A stretch of DNA of 64,000 bases from Chiloscyllium plagiosum (taxonomy: Eukaryota). Shown in pieces: positions 1-13,730 of the stretch. The notes under the pieces were generated by a model that saw only the letters and a list, made by a program, of their open reading frames with translations, was not told the DNA's origin and searched no databases. Each line of letters starts with the position of its first letter. The stretch's first letter is position 1. The stretch is from contig NC_057719.1 of the NCBI RefSeq assembly GCF_004010195.1, positions 14,890,269 to 14,954,268 of the forward strand. Reading direction: 5' to 3'. Position numbers and translations under genes: made by a program.

Positions 1-3000
1 CGGTTAATGTTCTGGGAGAAGGGATGGTGCAGTGACAGTCTCACTGTAACCCAGTAACCCCCAGTTAATGTTCTGGGATAGGGGATGGTGCAGTGGCAGT
101 CTCACTGTAACACAGTAACCACTGGTTAATGTTCTGGAAGAGGGGATGGTGCAGTGGCAGTGTCACTGTAACACAGTAACCCCCCGTTAATGTTCTGGGA
201 TAAGGGATGGTGCAGTGGCAGCATCTCGGAAACCCAGAAACCCCCGGTTCATGCTTTGGGAAAGGGGATGGTGCAGTGGCAGCATCACTGTAACCCAGTA
301 ACCCCCGGTTAATGTTCTGGGATAGCGGATGGTGCAGTGGCAGCATCACTGTAACCCAGTAACCCCCGGTTAATGTTCTGCAATAGCGGATGGTGCAGTG
401 GCAGCATCACTGTAACCCAGTAACCCTCGGTTAATGTTCTGGGATAAGGTATGGTGCAGTGGCAGCATCACTGTAACCCAGAAACCCCTGGTTAATGTTC
501 TGGGAAAGGGGATGGTGCAGTGGCAGCATCACCGTTACTCAGTAACCCCCCGGTTAATATTCTGGGAGAGGGGATGGTGCAATGACAGTCTCAATGTAAT
601 CCAGTAACCCCCGGTTAATGTTCTGGGATCGGGGATGGTGCAGTGGCAGTCTCACTGTAACCCAGAAAACCCCGGTTAATGTTCTGGGAGAGGGGATGGT
701 GCAGTGGCAGTCTTACTGTACTGTAACCCAGTAACCCCCAGTTAATGTTCTGGGAGAGGGGATGGTGCAGTGGCAGTATCACGGTAACACAGTAACCACT
801 GGTTAATGTTCTGGGATAAGGGATGGTGCAGTGGCAGCATCACTGAAACCCAGAAACCCCCGGTTCATGCTTTGGGAAAGGGGATGGTGCAGTGACAGTC
901 TCACTGTAACCCAGTAACCCCTGGTTAATGTTCTGGTATAAGGGATGGTGCAGTGGCAGTCTCTCTGTAACCCAGGAACCCCCGGTTAATGTTCTGGGAG
1001 AGTGGATGTTGCAGTGGCAGTCACACGGTAACACAGTAACCCCCGGTTAATGTTCTGGAAGAGGGGATTGTGCTGTGGCAGTCTCAATGTAACACAATAG
1101 CCCCCGGTAAATGTTATGGGATAGGTAATAATGCAGTGGCAATATCACTGTAACCCAGTAACCCCGGGTTAATGTTCTGGGATAAGGGATGGTGCAGTGA
1201 CAGTCTCACGGTCACACAGTAACCCCCGGTTAATGTTCTGGGATAGGGGATGGTGCAGTGGCAGCATCACTGTAACCCAGTAACCCCCGGTTAATGTTCT
1301 GGGATAGCGGATGGTGCAGTGGCAGCATCACTGTAACCTAGTAACCCCCGGTTAATGTTCTGGGGCACGGAATGGTGCAGTGACAGTCTCACTGTAACCC
1401 AGCAACCCCCGGTAAATGTTCTGGGAGAAGGGATGGTGCAGTGGCAGTCTCACTGTAAGCCAGTAACCCCCGGTTAATGTCCTGGGGTAAGGGATGGTGC
1501 AGTAGCAGTCTTACTGTACTGTAACACAGTAACCCCCGGTTAATGTTCTGGGAGAGGGCATGGTGCAGTGGCAGTCTCACTGTGACTCAGTAACCCTAGG
1601 TTAATGTTCTGGGATAGGGGAGAGTGCAGTGGCATAATCACTGTAACCAAGTACCCCCCAGTTAATGTTCTAGGATAAAGGATGGTGCAGTGACAGTCTC
1701 ACTGTAACACAGTAACCCCCGGTTAATGTTCTGGGATAAGGAATTGTGCAGTGGCAACATCACTGTAACCCAGTAACCCCCGGTTAATGTTCTGGGATAA
1801 GGGATGGTGCTGTGACAGTCTCACGGTCACACAGTAACCCCCAGTTAATGTTCTGGGATAAAGAATGGTGCAGGGGCAGACTCACGGACACACAGTAACC
1901 CCCGGTTAATGTCCTGGGAGAGGGGATAGTGCAGTGGCAGTCTCAATGTAACACAATAGCCCCCGGTAAATGTTATGGGATAGGTAATAATGCAGTGGCA
2001 ACATCATTGTAACCCAGTAACCCCAGGTTAATGTTCTGGGATAAGGGATGGTGCTGTGACAGTCTCACGGTCACACAGTAACCCCCAGTTAATGTTCTGG
2101 GATAGCGGATGGTGCAGTGGCAGCATCACTGTAACCTAGTAACCCCCGGTTAATGTTCTGGGACACGGAATGGTGCAGTGACAGTCTCACTGTAACCCAG
2201 CAACCCCCGGTTAATGTTCTGGGAGAAGGGATGGTGCAGTGACAGTCTCACTGTAACTCAGGAACCCCCAGTTCATGTTCTGGGATAGGGGATGGTGCAG
2301 TGGCAGTCTCACTGTAACACAGTAACCCCCGGTTAATGTTCTGGGAGAGGGGATAGTGCAGTGGCAGTCTCACGGACACATAGTAACCCCCGGTTAAGGT
2401 TCTGGGAGAGTGGATGGTGCAGTGGCAGTCTCACTGTAACTCAGGAACCCCCAGTTAATGTTCTGGGATAGGGGATGGTGCAGTGGCAGTCTCACTGTAA
2501 CACAGTAACCCCCAGTTAATGTTCTGGAAGAGGGGATGGTGCAGTGACAGTCTCACTGTAACACAGTAACCCCCCCGTTAATGATCTGGGACAGGGAATG
2601 GTGCAGTGGCAGCATCACTGTAACCCAGTAACCCCCGGTTAATGTCCTGGGTAAGGGATGGTGCAGTGGCAGTCTTACTGTACTGTAACACAGTAATCCC
2701 CAGTTAATGTTCTGGGATAAAGAATGGTGCAGTGGCAGTCTCAGGGACACACAGTAACCCCAGGTTAATGTTCTGGGATAGGGGATAGAGCAGTGGCACC
2801 ATCAGTGCAACCCAGTAACCCCCAGTTAATGTTCTGGGATGAACGATGGTGCAGTGACAGTCTCACTGTAACCCAGTAACCCCTGGTTAATGTTCTGGGA
2901 TAAGGGATGGTGCAGTGGCAGTCTCACTGTAACCCAGTAACCCCCGGTTAATTTTCTGGCAGAATGGATGGTGCAGTGGCAGTCACACGGTAACAGTAAC

Positions 3001-6000
3001 CCCCGGTTAATGTTCTGGAAGAGGGGATGGTGCAGTGGCAGCATCACTGTTACGCAGTAATCCCAGGTTAATGTTCTGGGACAAGGGATTGTGCAGTGGC
3101 AGTCTCAGTGTAACCCAGTAACCCCCGGTTAATGTCCCTGGGTAAGGGATGGTGCAGTGGCAGTCTGACTATACTGTAACACAGTAAATCACGGTTAATG
3201 TTCTGGGATAAGGGATGGTGCAGTGACAGTCTCACTGTAACCCAGTAACCCCCGGTTAATGTTCTGGGAGAGGGCATGGTGCAGTGGCAGTCTCACTGTG
3301 ACTCGGTAACCCTAGGTTAATGTTCTGGGATAGGGGATAGTGCAGTGGCACCATCACTGTAACCAAGTAACCCCCAGTTAATGTTCTGGGATAAAGGATG
3401 GTGCAGTGACAGTCTCACTGTGACACAGTAACCCCCGGTTAATGTTCTGGGATAGCGGATGGTGCACTGCCAGCATCACTGTAACCCAGTAACCCCCGTT
3501 TAATGTTCTGGGATAACGGATGGTGCAGAGGCAGTCTCACTGTAACACAGTAACCCCAGGTTAATGTTCTTGGATAGGGGATAGTGCAGTGGCACCAACA
3601 GTGTAACCCAGTAACCCCCGGTTAATGTTCTAGGAGAGGGGATGGTGCAGTGACAGTCTCACTGTAACACAGTAACGCCCAGTTAATGTTCTGGGATGAA
3701 GGATGGTGCAGTGACACTCTCACTGTAACCCAGTAACCCCCGGTTAATGTTCTGGGATAAGGGATGGTGCAGTGGCAGTCTCACTGTAACCCAGGAACCC
3801 CCGGTTAATGTTCTGGGAGAGGGGATTGTGCAGTGGCAGTCACACGGTAACACAGTAACCCCCGGTTAATATTCTGGAAGAGGGGAATGTGCAGTGACAG
3901 TCTCACTGCCACACAATAACCCCCGGTAAATGTTCTGGGATAGGGTATAGTGCAGTGGCAGCATCACTGTAACCCAGTAACCCCCGGTTAATGTTCTGGG
4001 ATAAGCGATGGTGCAGTGACAGTCTCACTGTAAACGAGTAACCCCCGGTTAATGTTCGGGGATAGGGGATGATGCAGTGGCAGCATCACTGTAACCCAGT
4101 AGCCCCCGGTTAATGTTCTGGGAGAGTGGATGGTGCAGTGGCAGCATCACTGTTGCGCAGTAATCCCCGGTTAATGTTCTGGGACAAGGGATTGTGCAGT
4201 GGCAGTCTCAGTGTAACCCAGTAACCCTGGGTTAATGTCCTGGGGTAAGGGATGGTGCAGTGGCAGTCTTACTATACTGTAACACAGTAATCCACGGTTA
4301 ATGTTCTGGGATAAGGGATGGTGCAGTGACAGTCTCACTGTAACCCAGTAACTCCCGGTTAATGTTCTGGGAGAGGGCATGGTGCAGTGGTAGTCTCACT
4401 GTAAAACAGTAACCCTAGGATAATGTTCTGAGATAGGGGATAGTGCAGTGGCACCATCACTGTAACCCAGTAACCCCCAGTTAATGTTCTGGGATAAAGG
4501 ATGGTGCAGTGACAGTCTCACTGTAACTCAGTAACCCCCGGTTAATGTTCTGGGAAGAGGTATGGTGCAGTGTCAGCATCACTGTAACACAGTAACCCCC
4601 GGTTAATGTTCTGGGATAGTGGATGGTGCAGTCGCAGCATCACTGTAACCCAGTAACCCGCGGTTAATGTTCTGGGATAGTGGATGGTGCAGTGGCAGTC
4701 ACACGGTAACACAGTCACCCCCGGTTAATGTTCTGAAAGAGGGGATTGTGCAGTGGCAGTCTCACTGTAACATAATAGCCCCCGGTAAATGTTTTGGGAT
4801 CGGTGATAGTGCAGTGGCAACATCACTGTAACCCAATAACCCCGAGTTCATGTTCTGGGATAAGGGACGGTGCAGTGATAGTCTCACGGTCACACAGTAA
4901 CCCCCGGTTAATGTTCTGGTATAGCGGATGGTGCAGTGGCAGCATCACTGTAACCCAGAAATCCCCTGTTAATGTTCTGGGACACGGAATGGTGCAGTGA
5001 CAGTCTCACTGTAACCCAGCAACCCCCGGTTAATGTTCTGGGATAAGGGATGGTGCAGTGGCAGCATCACTGTAACCCAGAAACCCCCGGTTAATGCTTT
5101 GGGAAAGGGGATGGTGCAGTGGCAGCAACACTGTAACCCAGTAACCTCCAGTTAATGTTTTGGGATAAGGGATGGTGCAGTGTCAGTCCCTCTGTAACCC
5201 AGTAACCCCAGGTTAATGTTCTGGGAGAGGGGATAGTGCAGTGGCACCATCAGTGCAACCCAGTAACCCCCAGTTAATGTTCTGGGATAAGGGATGGTGC
5301 AATGGCAGTCTCACTGTAACCCAGTAACCCCCGGTTAATGTTCTGGGAGAGTGGATGGTGCAGTGGCAGTCACACGGTAACACAGTAACCCCCGGTTAAT
5401 GTTCTGGAAGAGGGGATTGTGCAGATTCAGTCTCACTGTAACACAATAGCCCCTGGTAAATGTTCTGGGATAGGTGATAGTGCAGTGACAACATCACTGT
5501 AACCCAGTAACCCCGGGTTAATGTTCTGGGATGAAGGATGGTGCAGTGACACTCTCACTGTAACCCAGTAACCCCGGGTTAATGTTCTGGGATAAGGGAT
5601 GGTGCAGTGGCAGTCTCACTGTAACCCAGTAACCCCCGGTTAATGTTCTGGGAGAGTGGATGGTGCAGGGGCAGTCACACGGTAACACAGTAACCCCCGG
5701 TTAATGTTCTGGAAGGGGGGATTGTGCAGATTCAGTCTCACTGTAACACAATAGCCCCTGGTAAATGTTGTGGGATAGGTGATAGTGCAGTGACAACATC
5801 ATTGTAACCCAGTAACCCCGGGTTAATGTTCTGGGATGAAGGATGGTGCAGTGACACTCTCACTGTAACACAGTAACCCCCGGTTAATGTCCTGGGGTAA
5901 GGGATGGTGCAGTGGCAGTCTTACTGTACTGTAACACAGTAACCCCTGGTTAATGTTCTGGGAGAGGGGTTAGTGCAGTGGCAGTCTCACTGTAACACAG

Positions 6001-9000
6001 TAACCCCCAGTTAATGTTCTGGGATAGGGTATGGTGCAGTGGCAGTCTCACTGTAACCCAGTAACCCCCGGTTAATGTTCTGGAAGAGGGGATGGTGCAG
6101 TGGCAGCATCACTGTTACGCAGTAATCCCCGGTTAATGTTCTGGGACAAGGGATTGTGCAGTGGTAGTCTCACTGTAACCCAGTAACCCCCGGTTAATGT
6201 CATGGGGTAAGGGATGGTGCAGTGGCAGTCTGACGATGCTGTAACACAGTAAATCAAGGTTAATGTTCTGGGATAAGGGATGGTGCAGTGACAGTCTCAC
6301 GGTCACACAGTAACCCCCGGTTAATGTTCTGGGATAGGACATGGTTCACTGGCAGCATCACTGTAACCCAGTAGCCCCCGGTTAATGTTCTGGGATAGAA
6401 TATGGTGCAGTGGCAGCATCACTGTAACTCAGTAATCCCCGGTTAATGTTCTGGTATAGGGGATGGTGCAGTGGCAGTCTCACTGTAACCCAGTAACCCC
6501 CGGTTAATTTTCTGGCAGAGTGGATGGTGCAGTGGCAGTCACACGGTAACAGTAACCCCGGTTAATGTTCTGGAAGAGGGGATGGTGCAGTGGCAGCATC
6601 ACTGTTACGCAGTAATCCCCGGTTAATGTCCCGGGGTAAGGGATGGTGCAGTGGCAGTCTGACGATACAGTAACACAGTAAATCAAGGTTAATGTTCTGG
6701 GATAAGGGAGGGTGCAGTGACAGTCTCACTGTAACCCAGTGACCCCCGGTTAATTTTCTGGGAGAGGGCATGGTGCAGTGGCAGTCTCACTGTGACTCGG
6801 TAACCCTAGGTTAATGTTCTGGGATAGGGGAAAGTGCAGTGGCACCATCACTGTAACCAAGTAACCCCCACTTAATGTTCTGGGAAAAAGGATGGTGCAG
6901 TGACAGTCTCACTGTAACACAGTAACCCCCGGTTAATGTTCTGGGATAGCGGATGGTGCAGTGCCAGCATCACTGTAACCCAGTAACCCCCGGGTAATGT
7001 TCTGGGATAAGGGATGGTGCAGAGGCAGTCTCACTGTAACACAGTAACCCCAGGTTAATGTTCTCGGATAGGGGATGGTGCAGTGGCACCAACAGTGTAA
7101 CCCAGTAACCCCCGGTTAATGTTCTGGGATAGGGGATGGTGCAGTGGCAGTCTCACTGTAACACAGTAACGCCCAGTTAATGTTCTGGGATGAAGGATGG
7201 TGCAGTGACAATCTCACTGTAACCCAGTAACCCCCGGTTAATGTTCAGGGATAAGGGATGGTGCAGTGGCAGTCTCACTGTAACCAGGTAACCCCCGGTT
7301 AATGTTCTGGGAGAGGGGATTGTGCAGTGGCATTCACACGGTAACACAGTAACCCCCGGTTAATGCTCTGGAAGAGGGGAATGTGCAGTGGCAGTCTCAC
7401 TGTCACACAATAACCCGCGGTAAATATTCTGGGATAGGGGATAGTGCAGTGGCAGCATCACTGTAACCCAGTAACCCCCAGTTAATGTTCTGGGATAAGG
7501 GATGGTGCAGTGACAGCATCACTGTAACACAGTAACGCCCTGTTAATGTTCTGGGATGAAGGATGGTGCAGTGACACTCTCACTGTAACCCAGTAACCCC
7601 CGGTTCATGTTCTGGGATAAGGGATGGTGCAGTGGCAGTCTCACTGTAACCCAGTAACCCCCGGTTAATGTTCTGGGAGAGTGGATGGTGCAGGGGCAGT
7701 CACACGGTAACACAGTAACCCCCGGTTAATGTTCTGGAAGAGGGGATTGTGCAGATTCAGTCTCACTGTAACACAATAGCCCCTGGTAAATGTTCTGGGA
7801 TAGGTGATAGTGCAGTGACAACATCACTGTAACCCAGTAACCCCGGGTTAATGTTCTGGGATGAAGGATGGTGCAGTGACACTCTCACTGTAACACAATA
7901 ACCCCCGGTTAATGTCCTGGGGTAAGGGATGGTGCTGTGGCAGTCTTACTGTACTGTAACACAGTAACCCCCGGTTAATGTTCTGGGAGAGGGGTTAGTG
8001 CAGTGGCAGTCTCACTGTAACCCACTAACCCCCAGTTAATGTTCTGGGATAAAGAATGGTGCAGGGGCAGTGTCACGGACACACAGTAACCCCCGGTTAA
8101 TGTTCTGGGAGAGGGGATGGTGCAGTGGCAGTCTTACAGTACTGTAACACAGTAACCCCCGGTTAATGTTCTGGGAGAGGGGTTAGTGCAGTGGCAGCAT
8201 CACTGTAACCCAGTAACCCCCGGTTAATGTTCTGGAAGAGGGGATGGTGCAGTGGCAGCATCACTGTTACGCAGTAATCCCCGGTTAATGTTCTGGGACA
8301 AGGGATTGTGCAGTGGCGGTCTCACTGTAACCCAGTAACCCCCGGTTAATGTCATGGGGTAAGGGATGGTGCAGTGGCAGTCTGACGATACTGTAACACA
8401 GTAAATCAAGGTTAATGTTCTGAGATAAGGGATGGTGCAGTGACAGTCTCACGGTCACACAGTAACCCCCGGTTAATGTTCTGGGATAGGACATGGTTCA
8501 CTGGCAGCATCACTGTAACCCAGTAGCCCCCGGTTAATGTTCTGGGATAGAATATGGTGCAGTGGCAGCATCACTGTAACTCAGTAATCCCCGGTTAATG
8601 TTCTGGTATAGGGGATTGTGCAGTGGCAGTCTCACTGTAACCCAGTAACCCCCGGTTAATGTCCTGGGGTAAGGGACGGTGCAGTGGCAGTCTCACTGTA
8701 ACACAGTAACCCCCAGTTAATGTTCTGGGATAAAGAATGGTGCAGTGGCAGTCTCAGGGACACAGAGTAACCCCAGGTTAATGTTCTGGGATAAGGGATG
8801 GTGCAGTGGCAGTCTCACTGTAACCCAGTAACCCCCGGTTAATTTTCTGGCAGAGTGGATGGTGCNNNNNNNNNNNNNNNNNNNNNNNNNNNNNNNNNNN
8901 NNNNNNNNNNNNNNNNNNNNNNNNNNNNNNNNNNNNNNNNNNNNNNNNNNNNNNNCAGTCTCACTGTAACACAGTAACCCCAGGTTAATGTTCTTGGATA

Positions 9001-12000
9001 GGGGATAGTGCAGTGGCACCATCACTGTAACCAAGTAACACCCACTTAATGTTCTGGGATAAAGGATGGTGCAGTGACAGTCTCACTGTAACACAGTAAC
9101 CCCCGGTTAATGTTCTGGGAGAGGGCATGGTGCAGTGGCAGCATTACTGTAACACAGTAACCCCCGGTTAATGTTCTGGGATAAGGCATGGTGCAGTGTC
9201 AGCATCACTGTAACACAGTAACCCCCGGTTAATGTTCTAGGAGAGGGGATGGTGCAGTGGCAGCATCACTGTAACCCAGTAACCCCCGGTTAATGTTCTG
9301 GGATGAAGGATGGTGCAGTGACACTCTCACTGTAACCCAGTAACCCCCGGTTAATGTTCTGGGATAAGGGATTGTGCAGTGGCAGTCTCACTGTAAGCCA
9401 GTAACCCCCGGTTAATGTTCTGGGATAGGGGATAGTGCAGTGGCACCATCACTGTAACCAAGTAACCCCAAGTTAATGTTCTGGGATAAAGGATGGTGCA
9501 GTGACAGTCTCAATGTAACACAGTAACCCCCGGTTAATTTTCTGGGATAAGGGATGGTGCAGAGGCAGTCTCACTGTAACACAGTAACCCCAGGTTAATG
9601 TTCTGGGATAGGGGATAGTGCTGTGGCACCAACAGTGTAACTCAGTAACCCCCGGTTAATGTTCTAGGAGAGGGGATGGTGCAGTGGCAGTCTCACTGTA
9701 ACCCAGTAACCCCCGGTTAATGTTCTTGGATAAGGGATGGTGCAGTGGCAGTCTCACTGTAACCCAGTAAACCCCGGTTAATGTTCTGGGAGAGGGGATT
9801 GTGCAGTGGCAGTCACACGGTAACACAGTAACCCCCGGTTAATGTTCTGGAAGAGGGGAATGTGCAGTGGCAGTCTCACTGTCACCCAATAACCCCCGGT
9901 AAATGTTCTGGGATAGGGTATAGTGCAGTGGCAGCATCACTGTAACACAGTAACCCCCGGTTAATGTTCTGGGATAAGGGATGGTGCAGTGACAGTCTCA
10001 CTGTAACCCAGTAACCCCCGGTTAATGATCGGGGATGGGGGATGATGCAGTGGCAGCATCACTGTAACACAGTAACCCCCGGTTAATGTTCTGGGAGAGG
10101 GGATGTTGCAGTGGCAGCATCACTGTAACTCAGTAACCCCCGGTTAATGTTCTGGGATAAGGGATTGTGCAGTGGCAGTCTCACTGTAAGCCAGTAACCC
10201 CAGGTTAATGTCCTCGGGTAAGGGATGGTGCAGTAGCAGTCTTACTGTACTGTAACACAGTAACCCCCGGTTAATGTTCTGGGATAAGAGATGGTGCAGT
10301 GACAGTCTCACTGTAACCCAGTAACCCCCGCTTAATGTTCTGGGAGTGGGCACGGTGCAGTGGCAGTCTCACTGTAACACAGTAACCCCAGGTAAATGTT
10401 CTGGGATAGGAGATAGTGCAGTGGCAACATCACTGTAACCCACTAACCCCCAGTTAATGTTCTGGGATAAAGGATGGTGCAGTGACACTCTCACTGTAAC
10501 ACTCTAAACCCCGGTTAATGTTCTGGGAGAGGGCGTGGTGCAGTGGCAGTCTCACAGTACTGTAACCCAGTAACCCCTGGTTAATGTTCTGGGATAGGGG
10601 ATAGTGCAGTGGCAGCATCACTGGAACCCAGTAACCCCCGCTTAATTTTCTGGGATAGGTGATGGTGCAGTGACAGTCTCACAGTACTGTAACCCAGTAA
10701 CCCCTGGTTAATATTCTGGGAGAGGGGATAGTGCAGTGACAGTCTCACTGTAATCCAGTAACCCCCGGTTAATGTTCTGGGATAGGGGATGGTGCAGTGG
10801 CAGCATCAATGTAACCCAGTAACCCCCGCTTAATGTTCTGGGACAGGGAATGGTGCAGTGACCGTCTCAATGTAACCCAGCAACCCCCGGTTAATGTTCT
10901 GGGATAAGGGATGGTGCAGTGGCAGCATCACTGTAACCCAGAAACCCCCGGTTAATGCTTTGGGATAGACGATGGTGCAGTGGCAGCATCACTGTAACCC
11001 AGTAACCCCCGGTTAATGTTCTGCGATAGGGGATAGTGCAGTGGCACCATCAGTGTAACCCAGTAACCCCCAGCTAATGTTCTGGGATAGGGGATGGTGC
11101 AGTGACAGTCTCACTGTAACCCAGTCACCCCTGGTTAATGTTCTGGTATAAGGGATGGTGCAGTGGCAATCTCACTGTAACCCAGGAACCCCCGGTTAAT
11201 GTTCTGGGAGAGTGGATGGTGCAGTGGCAGTCACACGGTAACACAGTAACCCCCGGTTAATGTTCTGGAAGAGGGGATAGTGCAGTGGCAGCAACACTGG
11301 AACCCAGTAATCCGCGCTTAATCTTCTGGGATAGCGGATGGTGCAGTGGCAGCATCACTGTAACCTAGTAACCCCCGGTTAATGTTCTGGGACACGGAAT
11401 GGTGCAGTGACCGTCTCACTGTAACCCAGCAACCCCCGGTTAATGTTCTGGGAGAAGGGATGGTGCAGTGACAGCATCACTGTAACCCAGTAACCCCCAG
11501 TTAATGTTCTGGGATAGCGGATGGTGCAGTCACAGCATCACTGTAACCCAGTAACCTGCGGTAAACTTTCTGGGAGAGTGGATGGTGCAGTGGCAGTCGC
11601 ACGATAACACAGTAACCCCCGGTTAATGTTCTGGAAGAGGGGATTGTGCAGTGGCAGTCTCACTGTAACACAATAGCCCCCGGTAAATGTTCTGGGATAG
11701 GTGATAGTGCAGTGGCAACATCACTGTAACCCAATAACCCCGGGTTAATTTTCTGGATAAGGGATGGTGCAGTGGCAGCATCACTTTGACACAGTAGCCC
11801 CAGGTTAATGTTCTGGGAGAGGGGATGGTGCCGTGGGAGCATCACTGTAGCGCAGTAACCCCCAGTTAAAGTCCTGGGGTAATGGATGGTGCAGTAGCAG
11901 TCACACTGTAACACAGTAACCCCCGGTTAATGTTCTGGGATGAAGAATGGTGCAGTGACACTCTCACTGTAACCCAGTAACCCCCGGTTAATGTCTGGGT

Positions 12001-12952
12001 TAAGGGATGGTGCAGTGGCAGCATCACTGTAACCCAGTAACCCCCGGTTAATGTTCTGGGAGAGGGGATTGTGCAGTGGCAGTCTCACGGTAACACAGTA
12101 ACCCCCAGTTAATGTTCTGGAAGAGGGAATGGTGCAGTGGCATCTCACTGTAACACAATAACCCCCGGTTAATGTTGTGGGATAGGGGATAGTGCAGTGG
12201 CAGCATCACTGTAACCCAGTAACCCCCAGTTAATGTTCTGGGATAAGTGTTGGTGCAGGGACAGTCTCACTGTACTGTAACCCAGTAAACCCCGGTTAAT
12301 GTTCTGTGAGAGGGGATGGTGCAGTGACAGTCTCACTGTAACCCAGTAACCCCCGGTTAATGTTCTGTGAGAGGGGATGGTGCAGTGACAGTCTCACTGT
12401 ACTGTAACCCAGTAGTCCCCGGTTAATGTTCTGGGATAGGGGATGGTGCAGTGGCAGCATCACTGTAACCCAGTAACCCCCAGTTAATGTTCTGCGATAG
12501 GGGATGGTGTAGTGGCAGCATCACTGTAACCCAGTAACCCCCAGTTAATGTTCTGCGATAAGGGATGGTGCAGTGGCAGCATCACTGTAACACAGTAACC
12601 CCCGGTTAATGTTCTGCGATAAGGGATGGTGCAGTGGCAGCATCACAGTAACACAGTAACCCCCGGTTAATGTTCTGCGATAAGGGATGGTGCAGTGGCA
12701 GCATCACTGTAACATAGTAAGCAGTGGCAGCATCACTGTAACCTAGTAACCGCTGTTTAATGTTCTGCGATAAGGGATGGTGCAGTGGCAGCATCACTGT
12801 AACCCAGTAACCCCCGGTTAATGTTCTGCGATAAGGGATGGTGCAGTGGCAGCATCACTGTAACCCAGTAACCGCCGGTTAATGTTCTGCGATAAGGGAT
12901 GGTGCAGTGGCAGCATCACTGTAACCCAGTAACCCCCGGTTAATGTTCTGGG
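1..12952 (+). repeat. 61-bp tandem satellite/minisatellite, ~210 units, open at window start; consensus GGTTAATGTTCTGGGATAAGGGATGGTGCAGTGGCAGCATCACTGTAACCCAGTAACCCCC
   Basis: Period of 61 counted directly (GGTTAATG at 307, 368, 429). 66-bp variants carry a TACTG duplication. Confidence 0.99.
8866..8955. other. Assembly gap (90 N) inside the satellite
   Basis: Run of N. Confidence 1.
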
Positions 12953-13461
12953 AGCAGGGGTTTAAATTCTATCAAGGCATATGGTGAAATCTGAATTCAT
13001 CAAAACTCTGGAATTAACAATCTCGGCTAATAAACCATTAATAAGAACCCATCTGGTTCACTAATGCTCTTTAAGGAAAGGAAATTGCCAGCTTTAAGGA
13101 AAGGTAATGGGGGAAAGTTCACATGAGATCTGATAGGCAAGTGTTTTACACTGAGAGTGTAACAAACTGCCGGAGTGGTGGTAAAGGTAGATGCAATAGG
13201 GTCATTTAGGGGACTTTTAGGTAAACACTTGAATAAGCAAGGAATGGAAGGATATGGAGCAAGGGCAAGCAGAAGGGATTACTTTAATTTGGTATCACGT
13301 TTAGCACAATATCATGGGCTGAAGGGCCTGTTCCTGTGCTGTCCTGTTGTACGTTCTGAGCAGGTGACTCCAGATCTACAGCAATGACTGCACACTGGAA
13401 TTATAGATGGGCAATAAATGCTAGTAGAGGCTGTGACAACCATATCTCATCAATGAATAAA
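12895..13461 (+). mobile_element. tRNA-derived SINE (second shark family, not HE1) whose head is the last satellite unit; interrupted by a CR1 3' fragment
   Basis: A-box-like TGGTGCAGTGG and B-box-like GGTTTAAATTC (12959). Body ATGGTGAAATCTGAATTCA...CCCATCTGGTTCACTAATG; tail GATGGGCAATAAATGCT...AATGAATAAA. Similar decayed copies lie at ~35150 and ~61800. Confidence 0.75.
13093..13357 (+). mobile_element. CR1 LINE 3' fragment
   Basis: Degenerate C-terminal ORF2 (VVKVDAIGSFRGLLGKHLN) and 3' UTR GGGCTGAAGGGCCTGTTCCTGTGCTGT. Confidence 0.8.
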
Positions 13462-13730
13462 CTGTACTGTTCTAGTGGCTCAGCTCCACATCAATCAGCT
13501 GCTCTCTTCCCATCTTAGATCTTTTTAAACTTCTGGGCTTAGTTATCTGGCTGTTTTTTTGGGTTCTACCTGACATCACAATTGAATATTGCATCCAAAA
13601 GTTAGCGAGTTGAAAACATCTACACTATGGCTCGAAGTCAGCTAGCAGGTTGTGTGTGAGCAGTTTGTGGATTTACCAATCTCCAGTTTCAATGCATTTC
13701 CACATGTCAGAATGACCTGATAGTGGAATA

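Noticed and set aside
65..12797. Repetitive protein ORFs (LPLHHPLSQNINRG)
   Set aside because: A 61-bp unit shifts frame every repeat and contains stops; these are translation artefacts.
1..12952. CRISPR-like array
   Set aside because: There are no unique spacers, the whole unit is repeated, there are no cas genes, and the context is vertebrate.
1..12952. V(D)J recombination signal sequences (CACAGT/CACTGT motifs)
   Set aside because: Heptamers are mostly CACAGTA or CACTGTA, there is no ACAAAAACC nonamer at 12/23 spacing, and there are no Ig/TCR segments.
12895..12975. Functional tRNA gene or tRNA array
   Set aside because: The B box is degenerate and absent from the units, there is no cloverleaf with acceptor stem, and the sequence continues into a SINE body.
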